The position numbers and the translations under genes are program-made. A stretch of 64,000 nucleotides of DNA from positions 1-64,000 of IMG/VR virus record IMGVR_UViG_3300001598_000048. One strand, given 5' to 3'. Positions 41,721 to 56,363 of the stretch are shown piece after piece. The notes under the pieces are model-generated. The model searched no databases, was not told the DNA's origin, and was given only the letters and a program-made list of their open reading frames with translations. This DNA is from a virus (taxonomy: Duplodnaviria; Caudoviricetes). The first letter of the stretch is position 1, and the number at the start of each line of letters is the position of its first letter.

Positions 41721-44700
41721 TTATCTTATTAGTTTTAATAACTCTTTTACAATTTTATCTTTATATCTTACAATATTAACAGTTAAAGAAACATCAGAAT
41801 CTTTACGTAAAGAATATGATTCATCTGTAACGAAAAGATATTGTTGTAAACTATTTTTAATTTCATCAAATTCATCATAATATTCATCTGCTTCTATTTG
41901 TATACCATCACCAATTTTTATTTCTTGACCAATATATCCTTTTAAATGTTTTATATCTATCATAGTAATATTATATTGGCGTTCAATATCTTTATAATCT
42001 TCAAAAGCTAATTTAGACATATTATATAATGTTTCAGAATCTAATGCATCTTCATTTTTATACGATTGTTCAATAATAATACTAGGATAGAGTCTATAGA
42101 TTTTATATCATTGATTATTATGTTCTAATAAAGAATTTTCATATTCTTGAGGAGTATAATCTTTATAATTACCATTTTTTAAAGCAATTAACATCATTTC
42201 ATACCATCCGCCAAAATTACTAGATTCTGATATTGTATTATTTGTTAATAAATTAAGTATTTGATTTCAAGTTTTACCACCACTTATTGCTTTATAATAT
42301 GTCATTTCATAAAGTTGTGTTGCTGTTCAAATACCATTTGTATTTAATTTTAATTTTTCGTTTGTAAATACTTCTTGTAAAAAACTATTATATAATTTAG
42401 TATCAGTATTGCATATTTGATCTAAACTAACAATATTACCATATTTTAGATTTTCATTATAATTATTAAAATCACTTTTTAATATATTTGCTGTTTCTAG
42501 ATTTGTGCTATATGTCTCAAGATTTTTAATCGAATTAAAATTAAATTTATATTTATTTGAATTACTATCTATTACAATATCTGGAATAAAATCATTTAAT
42601 AATATTGGTTTTGCAGTTCTATTGTTTTCTGCATCCAATTTAATTACAATATTAATAATTGAATCAGCAAAATAATTAAGATTGCCATTAACAGTCTTTT
42701 GTCAATTGTCTGGTATGAAATATTTACAATATTTACTTGCAGTTAATGCTTGTTGTCAATATGATTCTAAATTTGATTCAATTAAAATAGCTTGTTCTTG
42801 TAAATAAGAATCAGAAGAATTATTATATAAGTATCAATATTCTCCATTGCTATAATTACCAATTGCAATTGTTTTTGTAATATAAGTTCCTGTTACATTA
42901 TTATTAACTAATACAGATGAATCTTTTGGAATAAAAGTATGATTAAAACTTGTACTTACTCCTGTAGCGTTAAAATCAAATTCCATATATCCAGTAGTTT
43001 CTAATTTTCAAGAAGCTGATGTCGCATCCTTTCTTGTGTAATAATTAATAGGAACAATACGTTTGTGATCTGTACCAGAAGAACTAAATTGAGAATTAAA
43101 AACATAATAATTTGATTTTGAATAATAATATTTATTTTGTTTAATTGCTTGTTCTAGACTACATGTTGGTATTTTATCTTCTCCATAAAAGTATTGAGTG
43201 TCTGCATTAAAAATACTAGAATCTGTTATTAATTCAAAATCACTATATTTTCCTTGCTTTACGGATAAATTAACAGCAAAAGAAGAAAATTTAAATAAAT
43301 CCAATTGGCATCCATCAGATAAATTAAATAATAAACTTGTATTTAATTTTTGAATTGCTTTTAATTTGTTTTCTAAATTATCTCCAGATAAATCAGGAAA
43401 ACTTAATTCATAATCTTCATTTTTTAAAATATAACATTTAAAAGTGCTGTTATCTTTTTCAATTTTAAATCTTATATAATTTCCAACACTTTCTGTACTA
43501 ACTGATTCTGTATCAAAAATATCTTTTAATGCATCTATAATACCAATTTTTTTAACAGATGAAAAATCTGATTCAAGTCAATTATTATTTTCTATTAAAG
43601 CAGTTCTAAGATCTTCTAATATAGTATCTAATGGATAATATACAATTTTATTTAATATAATATTTCCATAAGTATTAAAAGAATATTGTTTTCCATAAAT
43701 TGAATTAATTGTATCAATTTGATCTGCAGGTAAAATATAATATGTATCTACATTATTAATGAAATCATTATTATTTAGAATACGTCAGAAATCTGTTTTA
43801 TAATAGTATTTTGCAGAATTAGTTCTTGTGCCATTATAAAATCCTCTTAAATACTCAAGATTTATATGTATATCTACATAATCACTAACTACTTCATAAC
43901 TATCTATGCTAATTAAATTATTATTTAATAATGTATATGCACTTTGTGGGAAATATCTTCCAACTAAAGCATAATAATTATTTTCAACAAATTCATTATT
44001 TAGATTTTGTTGAATAAAAGTAGTATAATCTCCATTTATAAAGAAATAGTTTTTGTTATTGGCAAAATTACTATCATAATCATTAAATTTATTGCCGATT
44101 TTTTTATTAGAAGATAATGCAATATATTTTGTTTTTCCTTTATTGTCAAAACCTGTTTGTCTATCGGCTTTATTTTTAATTGTTTTTCAATAATCTTTAT
44201 TAGTTAATTTTTTTATTGAAGATATTGATTCTTTTTTAGATTTTCTTACTCTTCTATAATAATTGCTAAAATTAGAATAATTAACAAAAGGAATTGTTTG
44301 ATAAGATAATTTCGAATCATCTGATACATAAATAATTTCATTATTCTCAATAAAATTTTTAGATTTCATATAAATCTCATTTAAAGGAATATTTGAAAAA
44401 TATACTACGCTATCTTGATCTTCATTCATACTATCATATGCTTCTAAGTTACTAATTATATCTGTTGTTAACATTCCTGATAGATTTCCATAAAATTCAT
44501 TTAAAAGAGGTAAATTCATTCTAGGATTTGAAGCAATAGCTTGATTATCAAAAACTAAATAATAATTATCTTTTTGTTTATTATAAGCAGAAGTAATTAT
44601 TGTACTTTCTGTATTTGCTACTGAAGCATTGTTTAAAAAGCAATTATTTAAAAAGTTTTCTTTCATATCTGTAATAGTTACAGGTGTATAGTTTAAAGTT

Positions 44701-47297
44701 AAACCATTAAGAGAATCATTTCCATATTTTAATGTATAATTATTATTTAATTCATCTCCAGTATTAAAATGATAAATATTCTTTGCAGTAAGAGAATATT
44801 TTGAAGATCCATATTCTTTAATTGCTTCTAATTGCCATAAAGCTTGATTGCTTGAATAACCACTAATACAAGATCCAGATACAGAATGCGAAAAAACATA
44901 ACGTGTTGAAGAAGCACCTATATCATATTGAGTTCAATTTTCATCTCCAAAAGGAAGACTATTGCATTCTTTAGTAAAGTAATATTCATAATATTGAATT
45001 GAATCGTCATATGTAGTTGTATGAATATTTTCTATTGATGTGTTAAGAGTACAAAATAGCATCGTACTTGGAGAAGTATTCGCTAAATAATAATTTCCGT
45101 TAGCGATAATTGTATTATCTACTTTTAATGAATTATCTAATTTGTTATATATGTTATCTTCTTTTTTATATATTGGTATAGATAAAAATTCCTTTGCGGT
45201 AACACCAGATTGATTTGTTAATTTAGCATAATATGGAGTATCAAAACCATATGCATAAGTTGAGCCTGTAGATAAAAAATCTGGCATTTCTATTGTATAT
45301 TTATATAGATTGCCATTAAAGAAATTAATTTTTTCTTCAAAATATTTTCTAAAATCATACATATTTTTTAAAAATCTTTGTTCGGCATTAATATATTTAT
45401 TTACGTAATCACTTAAAGTCTCATCATAATTAATACAATTATTCTCATTAGAAACTTCTTTTCTTAACGATTCTAGTGCTAATAAAAAACTATTAGTATC
45501 AAGTGTTGCATTTTTATTAATAAAAGGATTTAATATATTTGCTTGAAATTGCGCTCCAATATTATCTATTGTATTAGTAAGATCAGATATGATTTTAGTT
45601 TTTTTATGAATTGCTGCATAATATTCATCGGCATGAAGCATTAGTCTACCATTAATAATACGTAAATCGTTTTGCAACATATTGACAATATTTAAGTATT
45701 CTGCTTTATTAAGAATATTATGTTTATAATAATATGAAAAATCAATTAATTTATTCTCTAATCAAGGACAAGCGTCTGCGATTTTCGCAAATAAAAGTTC
45801 TTCTTTACTTGTATCTCTATAACAATTAATTCATATATCAAAATTAACGTCTGTTAATGAACCTGAAAAAGGTATAGAAATTCGTAATCCACTTCAAGAT
45901 GTTTTTAAATATTGTTCAGGAATTTCCTTGTTTTCTTCAAAAGAATCAATTCATTCGTTTCCTATTTTAATTCCAATAGTAAATTTAGTATCTCCATTAT
46001 AAACAATGCCATTAGGTAAGGAAATATTACTTCTTTTTCCATTTATTGAAAGTTTTATACGATTATAGAGTTTCTTTTCTGAGAAATCTATTGTTGTAAT
46101 ATAACCATTAGAAGTTTTCTTTTTAATATAAAGATATAATCTATCATTTAATATTTCAAAATGATCATAATGTCCATTATCATCATCAGGTATTCAAATT
46201 TTATAGCCATCAGATAAACTATTAGCATTAAAATTATAATTAGAACATATTTGAGTAAAATAACCGCTATAATATTTACTATCTAATCATATTTGATCTT
46301 GAAATAATTTTTTAAAAAATGTAGGTATTGCTGGAAATAATGTAATTGTTTCTTCATCAATAGTTCCACCTTCGACATTTAATACAGTAGCTAATGAATT
46401 TCCGCTATGACTTAAAGAAAAATTTTGTATATCACTATAAGGGGAATATTTTAAACCAGTAGTATTCTTATTTTTGATTGGTTCAAATCAATAAAACATT
46501 GAGAAAGAACCATTATCATTCATATATTCATAAGTTTTTAACATTAAACCTAATTGTTCTCCTAAAGAAATTAGAATAGAATTAGATGTTCCAGAACCAG
46601 AAAATGGCAATGTTTCATTATATTCTGGTTCTGTATATATTGATTTAATTTTTTTAATAGAAGTGTTTTTTAAACTTTGTAGTTTTTCAGGACAAAGAAT
46701 TTCAAATCCTTTGTTATGATTTATATCTTCTACTAAATATAATTCTTGATTTAAACCTAAATATGTATATGATATATGACAATCTTTATTTATTTTTTCT
46801 TTTACTCATCAATCTATTGTTTGAGAACCAATATAATCTTCAGATTCTGAATTATTTTCAATAGAATAAGTAATATTTTGATGACTTAACTGATAAGAAA
46901 AACTATCTGAACATTTATATTCATAAGTCATATTAAGTTCTTTAAAAGTAAAACTTATATCTGAAACAGTAAAAAGATATTGATTTTCATATTTATCAAT
47001 TAATAATAATTGAGTTCCAACTACAATATTGTGTATAAAAGGATTTTCTTCTCTTCTGTCATCTCGTATAATATATCTATTCATTTTAAAAGATAGTTCT
47101 TTTTGTGCGTTTTTATGTAGAGTTAATTTTTCATCATAACTATAACAAAAAGAATTACCAGTTTCTAATCTAATGCCATTTGATGTAGTATTATTATTAA
47201 TAGATTGAAATTCACTTATTGTTTGTGATAAAAATTTTAATTCATTTATAGTAGAACTAGAATGAATATTTAAATATTTTAATATAAATTTTGCCAT
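41721..47297 (-). CDS. Giant minor tail, baseplate or host-specificity protein (1858 aa with TGA=Trp)
   Basis: Six track ORFs share one frame; hand check of all gaps found no TAA/TAG; 20 TGA vs 2 TGG, including tandem TGA TGA at 46806-46811. Confidence 0.75.
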
Positions 47298-47310
47298 ATT
47301 TTCTACCTCT

Positions 47311-48171
47311 CTATAAAATTTTAATATTTAAATTATTAAAAGTCAAAGTTTCTTTTTCTTTAATAGCATAAACAGATTTTCTTATTAAAGTAGCTTGATC
47401 AATATAAGTATCAGTTTCATAAATTTTATCAGAAAAGAATTCTTCTTCATCGATTGTTAAATAATCTTGTATTGTGGCTACATACGCATTGTTTTTTAAA
47501 ATTGGACCATTTCATTGATTACCAACAATATCTATAATATAAGAATCAATAAAATTAATTGTTTTTGTTTCTTCTGGTCAATTTGTATATTGGCCTTTAT
47601 TGATATATCTTAAATTAAAATTAGAAATATTAAAAATAGTTTTATTAGAAAAAGCACCCAAATCATTTTTATAATAATTAGTATTTAATTCTTTATTATA
47701 AATAGAACTTCATATATAATATCCTCCATTACCAACAGGATATACTAAGAAATTTGCTGGATTTAAATATGCTGGATTTATAGACGTAGTTTGATTAGGA
47801 TTAGTAGTTATTAGACCAGTTGGTAAAATATTACAAATGATACAATATCCTGATTTAAATTCATATGCAGTATTACCTAAATAGAATTTACCATCAATTC
47901 CATTATTAATAACACCTTGACGATATAATAGTTTATGAGGATAAAATTTTCTATTAGTACCTTCTATTTGTAAAATACCTTTTTCCAATAAGATAGCATC
48001 TGTCATTATGACTTCTTCTTTTTTGCTTGTGCTATTAAAAATATCAAAATCTGGATTATAATAATATCAATAATCAAATATTGTATTTGTTTTATGTGCT
48101 AAATTTTTGACATAATTATATCAGGAATTTCAATAGTTTATATTATGATGATTAAAATTATATATCTTCAT
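47311..48171 (-). CDS. Tail-module structural protein (286 aa, 6 TGA)
   Basis: RBS AGGTG, ATG at 48171, TAG at 47311. Confidence 0.65.
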
Positions 48172-48178
48172 AAAACAC

Positions 48179-48916
48179 CTATTTAACTATTGCAAAAGAT
48201 AATAATTCTGGTCAGTTTGCACTACAAGTAAAATTACTGTTATCGGATGTCCATTTTAAATCAGTATATATTTCTTCATTATTACTTGCAAAAATTTTAA
48301 TTACTGGTTTAATAATATTTTCACCTTCTTTTTTTACAGGAAATGAAGTATTATCAGAAGTCAATATATTACCATATATATTTTCAGACGTTTGTATTCC
48401 TATATTTTTAAAATTTAAAGTTGCATATGGTTGAGTTACTGTTCATGTTCTATCTGAAGGGGTGATATCAGCAGTACCAGTAGGAGTAAGATTAGTAAAG
48501 CTATAACTAATTTCTACATTATTATTTCCTGCATTCATTTTTAATTGAGAAGGATAAAATACTCCTCCACGTTCTGATTGAATATAGATAGCAGAAGAAT
48601 CTGTATTTTTATATATAATATCTCCTCTAGATAAAACTAAATTTTGATCTTCAATATTTTTTTCGAAACTATCCGAATCAATAATTAATCCAGTATTAGG
48701 AAGAAGATTATTAAATTTACTTAAGAATTCTTCTTCCGTTTTTACTACTTCAGATATTTTATAGACATCTCATTGTGTTAATTCTTTTTTAATAAAATCC
48801 ATTTTTTTATCTAAAAATTCTAAATCTTCTTTAGCATTGGCGGCTGTGTATGTAGTAATACCAGAAGCTATAGATGGTAATTCTGTATTTCTAACAAATT
48901 TTTTATTTAAATTCAT
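48179..48916 (-). CDS. Tail-module structural protein (245 aa, 3 TGA), absent from the ORF track
   Basis: RBS AGGAGG, ATG at 48916, TAG at 48179. Confidence 0.65.
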
Positions 48917-48927
48917 ATCTAAACCTC

Positions 48928-50106
48928 CTATATTACATTAGTTCTTGGATAAGTTGTAATATTTGTTTCGCTAGTAGAAATAATTCAAGAACTATTATTA
49001 GAAGTTGTAATTAAAATTAAACTTTTTGGAATTGTAATTGAATTAAAACCACACTCTGGAAAGAAAAATTTCTTAGTAGAAAAAGTTTGTACTAAATTTT
49101 CTCCAGAAGAAGATTGTGTTGTAAGTGTTAATAATTTTCTCGTATCATTTCCCAATCCTAAAAATAATAAACCAGTTTCAGAATCATATTCAATAGTAAA
49201 TTTTAATATATCATTTGTAGCATCATTAGATTGGTTTGTATTATTAAAAATAGTAGTTAGATTATCTAAAGTTATATTGAATAAATTGTCAAATAATTCA
49301 TAATCAGAAAAAGGATTATAATTAGGTGGAGTTACTTGAGATGCCGAAGATTTTAAACGATAAATTGAACAAGTAATTGTTACATTATTACTAATAGTCG
49401 TAGCATCAGTTTTTGGTTGTAAAGTTGCAGAAAGATACAAAGGAGTTTTATTAAAAGTTTCTTTTACATATTCTGGATTATTATTGTCTTCAAATTGCCA
49501 ATATGGTTGAAACAGACTACCACCAACTAAATCTTGATGCCATTCAGTTGGAATGATTGCTCTTACACAATTCGGACCTTGTAATTCTCAATTAAGTGTC
49601 ATTTCTGTATAATACATATAATTATTATCTTCTTTTCCAACAATAGTTCTTGTAGAATCAGATATGCTACTTAATTTTACTAAATAAGCATATTGTCTAT
49701 TAAAACCAAAAGATAAATAATCTATTTCATATGGATCTAAAAATTTTAAAAACTTTTGATAATCTTCTATATTTATCCAATAAACTCCAATTTTAAATTT
49801 TAAAGTTTGTGTTTTAAAATTGATACCCATTAAAGTTCCAGACGAAGATTCAAATTGAGGATTAGTATATTCATTAGAAAAAGAAGGTCCATTATAAAAT
49901 TGTAAATCATCTGAATTAATAATAAATGCGCCAAAATTTAAAAAAGCATCATATCCTCTTCAAAGAAAACTAGTAAAATCATCTAAACCAGAACATAACT
50001 GTGAACGATTGTTCACAGTTATAGTTGATGGATTAATTCCCATAAAATAATCTGAAGATAAAGGTATATAATTTCCGTAGTTTTTATTAAGTCTACTATA
50101 ACTCAT
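48928..50106 (-). CDS. Distal-tail (Dit)-like protein (392 aa, 3 TGA)
   Basis: Immediately follows the tape-measure gene; joins track ORFs 49588-49830 and 48985-49440; call is positional. Confidence 0.55.
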
Positions 50107-50107
50107 A

Positions 50108-53100
50108 TTAACTAACCCCCATTTCTTTTAATAAATTAAAAATAGTATCGATAACAACATTTTCTTGATCGCGTGTTAAAGTTGTTATATTTTCTTGATT
50201 TAAAGATAAACTTACTTGTCTATTATCAGCAGATGTAGAAATGTTATTTCAATCTATTCCGCTCATTAAATCACTACTAAAAAAAGTTGTTTTATAAGTT
50301 TCTAACAAGTTTTGTGTTTGTAAGTCTGTTAAATTCGCAGCGCCACTTCTAAAGAGTGAAGCTAAGAAATTAGTAGGATCAGACATTTCTATATTCATAG
50401 CATTTAAAAGCGCATAACTATTTTCTAATAATTCATCAAATTTATCATTAATATCATTAATAGTATCATCAATATCTGTGATAACTGCCTCTTGCGCTCT
50501 TTCTCTTAATGTTTTTATTCTTTCTTCTTCTAGATCTTTTAATTGCTTTTCTAATTGTTGTTTAGTTGCTTGTGAAGAAGTATCTGTAGAAGTTGCAAGT
50601 TTATTTAAAGAAGTCATTAATTTTTCAACATTTTCTTCATAATCTTCATCTTCTGCTTCTTGATTAACTGCATCAAAATATTTTTGATATGCTTCTTTTC
50701 TTGAATTTAGATTTTTTTCTAATGCTTCTTTTTGTTTTTGTAAATATTCTTTATAGATATTTAATTGCGCTTCTTCTTGTTCTACTTGTTGCTCTAATGA
50801 AACTTCAGTGAATTCATCAAGATTATTTAAACTTTCTAACTCTAATTCTAATTGATAGATTAGTGATTGATTTTGTTGATCAATAGATCTGGCTTTTTCT
50901 ATTTGTATTTTTAAGAATAATTCTTGTCTTCTTTCTTCTATTTTTTCTAAAAGAGTTGCATTATTCATTAATGCTTTATGAATTGAATTATAATTACCGC
51001 TTTCGAATGCTTTTGCTAATTCCGGATCTCCTGCAAATAGTTCCGCATTATCTTGCATAAATTGAAATTTATCATTTTGAGACATCGTATTTCATTTAGA
51101 AGTTGTTTCATAAATATTATCAACCATATTAGTTAAACTGTCTAAATTTTGTCCAATATTTAATATAGTTGTACTAATTGAATTATCAATGATATTTACA
51201 ATTTGATCCCATGCTTTTTGATATTCACCTCCAGAAGCTTTTATTTCATCTATATATGTACCAAATACAGATTCAATAGATTCTTTTATAGAAGTTTGTC
51301 CAGATGCAAAATTCGCTAATAGATTATCAATTAAACCTCTATAATCTTCTGAAACAAAATTTAAATCAGTTAAAGTATTAAGTTTTTCATAAGAACTATA
51401 TAATTCATTTAATTTATCTGTTGTTATTCCAATACTATCTATATATTCAATAATTTGACCATTATTAATCGATTGTAATTCGACAAGTCTATCAAATTCA
51501 TTATATAAAGTATGAAAAGCTTCTTTCATATCTCCAGTTAAAAATTGATATGTTTTGGTATAAGCGTTAATTTTATCCATTAAACTTGCATCATCGTTAG
51601 TAAGTGCATAAGATGTTTGTAATTCATTTAGTGATGTAACTAAAGATTTTATGACTTCTGGATTGTTTAATAATGCTGCCGCAACAGATGCATCTAATTC
51701 TTCAAGAATATTTTGAGTTAATGTTTCAACACCTTCTGCAATATTTTCTATTTCATCTACATAAGTATACAATCTACTATTATTAATTGCATATACTCAA
51801 TCAGAATTTTCTTTTAATAATGCAAGTCTCTGTGCTTCTGTTTTTAAAGAATTGTATTCATCAATTTGCTTATTTCTTAATGTTCTAGCTTCAGCTTCTG
51901 CTTGTTTTGCAATTTGTTCTAGATAATCTCTACGACCTCTTGTTGTTATAAGACCTTCATATTCTTCTTTTTGTGCATCTGTTAGAGAGTCTGCAGCTGA
52001 AGTCAGAAGTTCTTCCATTTCTTTTAAGTCAGCGTTTGTTTTAAGAACTTTATTATCTATTTTATCAAAAGAATCAACTATATTATCAAGTTCTGTTGCT
52101 TGTTTGTTTAAATTATAGATTTTAGATGATAATTTATCAATACTTTCTGAAGTTTTTTCACTTTCACTTTTTTTTGTTCCAGATATTCCTTTATGAATAG
52201 ATACACCAGCAAGTGCTATCATACCAGCAACAGATGCAACAACTCCTGCAGCAACAATATTACCTGCAATAGGACCTAAATCAGTAATACATTTAGTATA
52301 TGCTTGTCCTAATAATACTCCAAGAGTTTTTATTCTAGCAAGTAATCCTTTCTTTTCTATTCCAATACCAGCAATTGCATTTTTATTTTGTGCTAATTGA
52401 AGCATATTAATGACTTGCATTATAGTCATAATAGGCGTTAATACACTTAATAAATTACCAAATATACTAGTAAGACCAGAAGCATTTTGCATTAATGATA
52501 TACTTGTTTCAGCTTGTTGTAATTGTAAACCTGTAATTTCACTTTGAGTTAAAGCTATTTCTTTTTCTAGTGCTAATTTATCTACTGCCATTGCTTTGTC
52601 TACTTGTGCTGTAGCAAGTTCTATTGAACAGCCAGTTTTTTTCATCACATTAGCAATAGCTGTTTCTCTTGTAAATTCTTTTGCTTTTTGAACTTGTTTT
52701 AAAGCCATTAAATATGCTTTTTTATCAATAAGTTCTGTAGCAATTTTTGTTTTCTTTTCTTCTAAAATTGCTCTATTTTGAGCTTTTTGAACTTCTCATC
52801 TTTTTGTTGCTGAACCTAATAAAGCAGCAGATAAAAAAACCAAAGAAGTAATGGATACGAATTGACTTTTTAATGCTTCACCAATACCTTCTAATATTTT
52901 AGAACCAAATTCTACTAATTTGATTAAAGCATCATTATTAACTGCATTACTAACAATTTCTTCTCAAGCAACTTTTACTTTATTTAAAGCAGCTTCCATT
53001 CCTTCCATATAAGTTGCCATTTGTGCTAAAGTAGCACCTTGAGAACGTTGAGCAACTTCTTGTAATTCAATAACACGTTCATAGTCAGTCATCATGGCAA

Positions 53101-54742
53101 TTAAACGTGATTGTTGTCTTGTACCAGCAAGTGCTTTTGCAACTGCTGCTTGTTGATTGCTATTTAATGTATCTCATTTTTTACCTAATTCATCTAATAC
53201 ATCTTGTGTTGAACGTAATTCTCCATTAGTGTCTTTTAATTTTATATCAACATATGCCAATTGCGTTTCAACATTATTTATATCAGTATCTCCAGCTAAA
53301 GTTTCACCATAGTCTGTTAATTCACGCATACGAGCAATAATTGTCTTAAGCGCAGTACCCATAGTTTCTGGAGCTTCTCTTGTTGTTTCTAGACCTTTAG
53401 CAAGTAATGCAGTTGTATAGTCAATAGACATTCCTGCTAAATTTGCTTGTGATGCAACTTTACTTAAGGCAGTTGCTAATTCATCATAAGATGTCGCTGA
53501 TGTTGCCGCTATAGCCGCAAATTTATCTGATACTTTCATCGCATCAGATGCAGACATTTGGAATCCATTTAAAGCAGTTGTTAAATAATTAACAGATTCC
53601 GTAGCACTAATACCTGCAACTTTTGCCGCAGAAATTGCTGCTTCAGTTAATTTTAATGCTTCTTGCGCAGTTTTACCTTGACGCATGAATTGAGTTGATA
53701 CTTGAGCAACTTCTTTAGTTGTAGCACCTGTAGTTTTTGCAATTTCTTGATAAGATTTTAATAAAGCATAAGTTTGTTCTCTGGTTTTACCAGTAACCAT
53801 TGCTTGTTCTGTTAAATTTTTATCTAAATCTTGAACTGTTTTAACCGCAGAACGCATTGCTGTTCGTACGTTTTTAATAACAAGACCATAAATAGTCATT
53901 TGTTTAATAGCCTTACCAACAGCGCCAGATTGTTTTTCTATTCCTTTATTTAAATCATTTAATTCTTTATTAGGATTAACTAATTCTTCTGTAGAATTTC
54001 CATTAGAATTGTTGGATATTTGATTTCCTTCATCATTAATTGTTTTTAATTTTTGAATTAAGATATCTAATTCATTTCCAAATTCTTGCATTTTTACTGC
54101 AGCAGAATTTGAAGGATCTGTAGTATCTCCTAGTTTAGTAATATCTTTATTCGTTATTTCAATTTCAGAATCAGCTAAAGCAATACCTGCTTTTAAATTT
54201 AAATATTCTTGTCCTTCTGATTGTGTTCTAGTAAGAATTTCTTTTGCTGCAATATCTGCTTCTGTATTTCCTAATAAAGCCTCTTTCTTTAAATATTCAT
54301 AACTTCTAATTTGTTTTCCTCTTGTATTTCCATATTGAGCAATAAGATTTTTTTCTTTTGCCAAATCATCTAAATATTTTTTAGGAACTTGATCTGGACC
54401 TTTTACTCTAGATGACTTTAATTGTTCAGCCATTTTGGCTCTTTCTTCAGTTAACTTTTTTAATTGATTTTGTAAAGTTTCTAATTCTTTAGGTATTCCT
54501 TTCATACCTGCTGCAGAATTAACCAAATCTTTAATAACACTAGAAAGTAAAGTACTGGCTTTATTGAAATCTTTAGCAGTTGCATTTGCTCCTTTTCCAA
54601 GAATTGATGTTACTTGACTAATCGCAGCAAATGCTTTATTTTGTTTTTCTTGAGGCATTGAAGAATTTATAATTTTTTGTTGTAAATCTTTTACTTTTTC
54701 TTCAAGTTGAACTTTTAGAGTTACTTGATTATTACCAGGCAT
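50108..54742 (-). CDS. Tape measure protein (1544 aa, 6 TGA)
   Basis: Four track ORFs in one frame; TP901-type core (ESVNYLTTALNGF, DKFAAIA, LATALSK, PETMGTALKTIIAR, LAGTRQQSRL); coiled coils. Confidence 0.9.
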
Positions 54743-54761
54743 AAATTACCTCCAAGCAATA

Positions 54762-55097
54762 TTAATTTTTCATAATATTGCTTAATTTATCTAAATTTTC
54801 TTTTACTTCGTTATTTTCAGTTTCAAAAGTAGCTCCTAATTGTTCGAGTACTTCATTAATTTTATCTAAATTTAAATTATTAATACCTTTTTGAATCTTA
54901 TTAAATATTTCAGTATAATTAAAAGCATAAAATACTTTACTATATTTAATTACATCAAATAAAGATATTTTAGTTTTTTTAAAGAAATCTGATTGTTTAT
55001 ATTCTTTTTCAAATTCTGCGGTTTTTTCAATAAGATCAAAGAAATTTTCTTCCGCTAATAATTCTTTGATTTTTGTTTCTAATTCTTTATTATTCAT
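54762..55097 (-). CDS. Hypothetical helical protein (possible tail assembly chaperone)
   Basis: Directly upstream of the tape-measure gene. Confidence 0.45.
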   Translation of the reverse strand: MNNKELETKIKELLAEENFFDLIEKTAEFEKEYKQSDFFKKTKISLFDVIKYSKVFYAFNYTEIFNKIQKGINNLNLDKINEVLEQLGATFETENNEVKENLDKLSNIMKN

Positions 55098-55116
55098 AAT
55101 ATCCTTTCCTTTCTAT

Positions 55117-55818
55117 TTATTCTAAAGTTATATAATCTTCACCTGTATCTAAAACCTTAAAAATTAAATCTACGGTATTTGAAGATCTATATAAACTAAT
55201 TGTTTTATCAATTGTAATAACACATTTTTCAATATGTATCCAACTTGTATTAGTTTCATCTTCTTTATTTCCAAGAATTTCTAAATCAAGTGTTAAATAT
55301 TTATTATTATTTTTATTTAAACTGTATGCAAGAGTTCCTTCATAAGAATAGAAAATTAAATAACTACTATTCGCTTTTTGAAGAGTAAGTTCATGAGATT
55401 GAGTTAAATCAATTTCTCCTTCCGCTCTTTCTAAATTTCCTTCATCATTATAAATAAACACTTGATAAATCTTGGTTAAAGAACTATCTAAAAAAATCTT
55501 TTTATTTGCATCTGTAATAAAATTTTTACTAACATTACATAATTTTACTTCAGATTTGAGGAAAATTAAATTCAAAATTTTATTTGTAAGTATTACGTTA
55601 GGTATACGAACTTCTGATACAGAATCTGCATAATAGCCTAATTGTTGTAAATCAGTTTTAGCTTTCTTTTCAATTTGTTTAAAATTTACAGTTGCTTCTA
55701 TATCTTTTAAAACTGTATATGGTTGATTTCCATAAGTCATTTGAACTTCGCCAATATTAGAACCAGAAAAAGATCTTATAATACAGTTCGCTTTATTACC
55801 AAGTTTATAAGTTTCCAT
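55117..55818 (-). CDS. Hypothetical tail-module protein (233 aa)
   Basis: RBS GAGGTG; position in the tail module. Confidence 0.55.
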   Translation of the reverse strand: METYKLGNKANCIIRSFSGSNIGEVQMTYGNQPYTVLKDIEATVNFKQIEKKAKTDLQQLGYYADSVSEVRIPNVILTNKILNLIFLKSEVKLCNVSKNFITDANKKIFLDSSLTKIYQVFIYNDEGNLERAEGEIDLTQSHELTLQKANSSYLIFYSYEGTLAYSLNKNNNKYLTLDLEILGNKEDETNTSWIHIEKCVITIDKTISLYRSSNTVDLIFKVLDTGEDYITLE

Positions 55819-55841
55819 ATAGTCACCTCATTTCTAATAAT

Positions 55842-55870
55842 AGTATAATGAACGAAATCGAAAAAATCAA
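55842..55870 (-). promoter_or_regulatory. sigmaA-like promoter restarting tail-gene transcription
   Basis: TTGATT-N17-TATACT on the minus strand. Confidence 0.55.
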
Positions 55871-55898
55871 TTTCAGATATTAAAAAAGAGAAGAAAAA

Positions 55899-56363
55899 TT
55901 ATTTCTTCTCAATTTGAAATCTATATGTAATATCTATCCAATCTTTATTATTTTTCTTATAGAACTTTTGATTCGTAGTTTTCTTATTTAACGGTCCAGC
56001 AGATGGAATATATGGACCAACTTTATAATAATCTAAAACAGATGCTAAAGTTTTATCAAATTCTTTTGAACCACTATACATCGCTGTTTTTAATTTAGGA
56101 TATTTATTTTTAATAGCGATACTAAGTAATCTAATTTGATCGTGATCTCTATCTCCACCCATAAAACATAAACAAGAAATATGCGGATTTGCATCAATAA
56201 GTTTACACAAAGAAACAATATTAATTGGAGTGCCATAATCGTTCGCGAGTCAAGGTTCAAAACAATCTTGACAATGACACGGACAATTAGTAATGTTAAG
56301 ACATAATGTTATTTCATCTGGAACTTCAGTAAAAGTGATTAAAGTTTCCGCATATTTTAACAT
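55899..56363 (-). CDS. nrdG: Anaerobic RNR activating enzyme (154 aa, one TGA)
   Basis: EVPDEITL, CPCHCQDC radical-SAM motif, P[TGA]L at 56250, CFMGGD, YYKVGPY, TTNQ. Confidence 0.9.
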
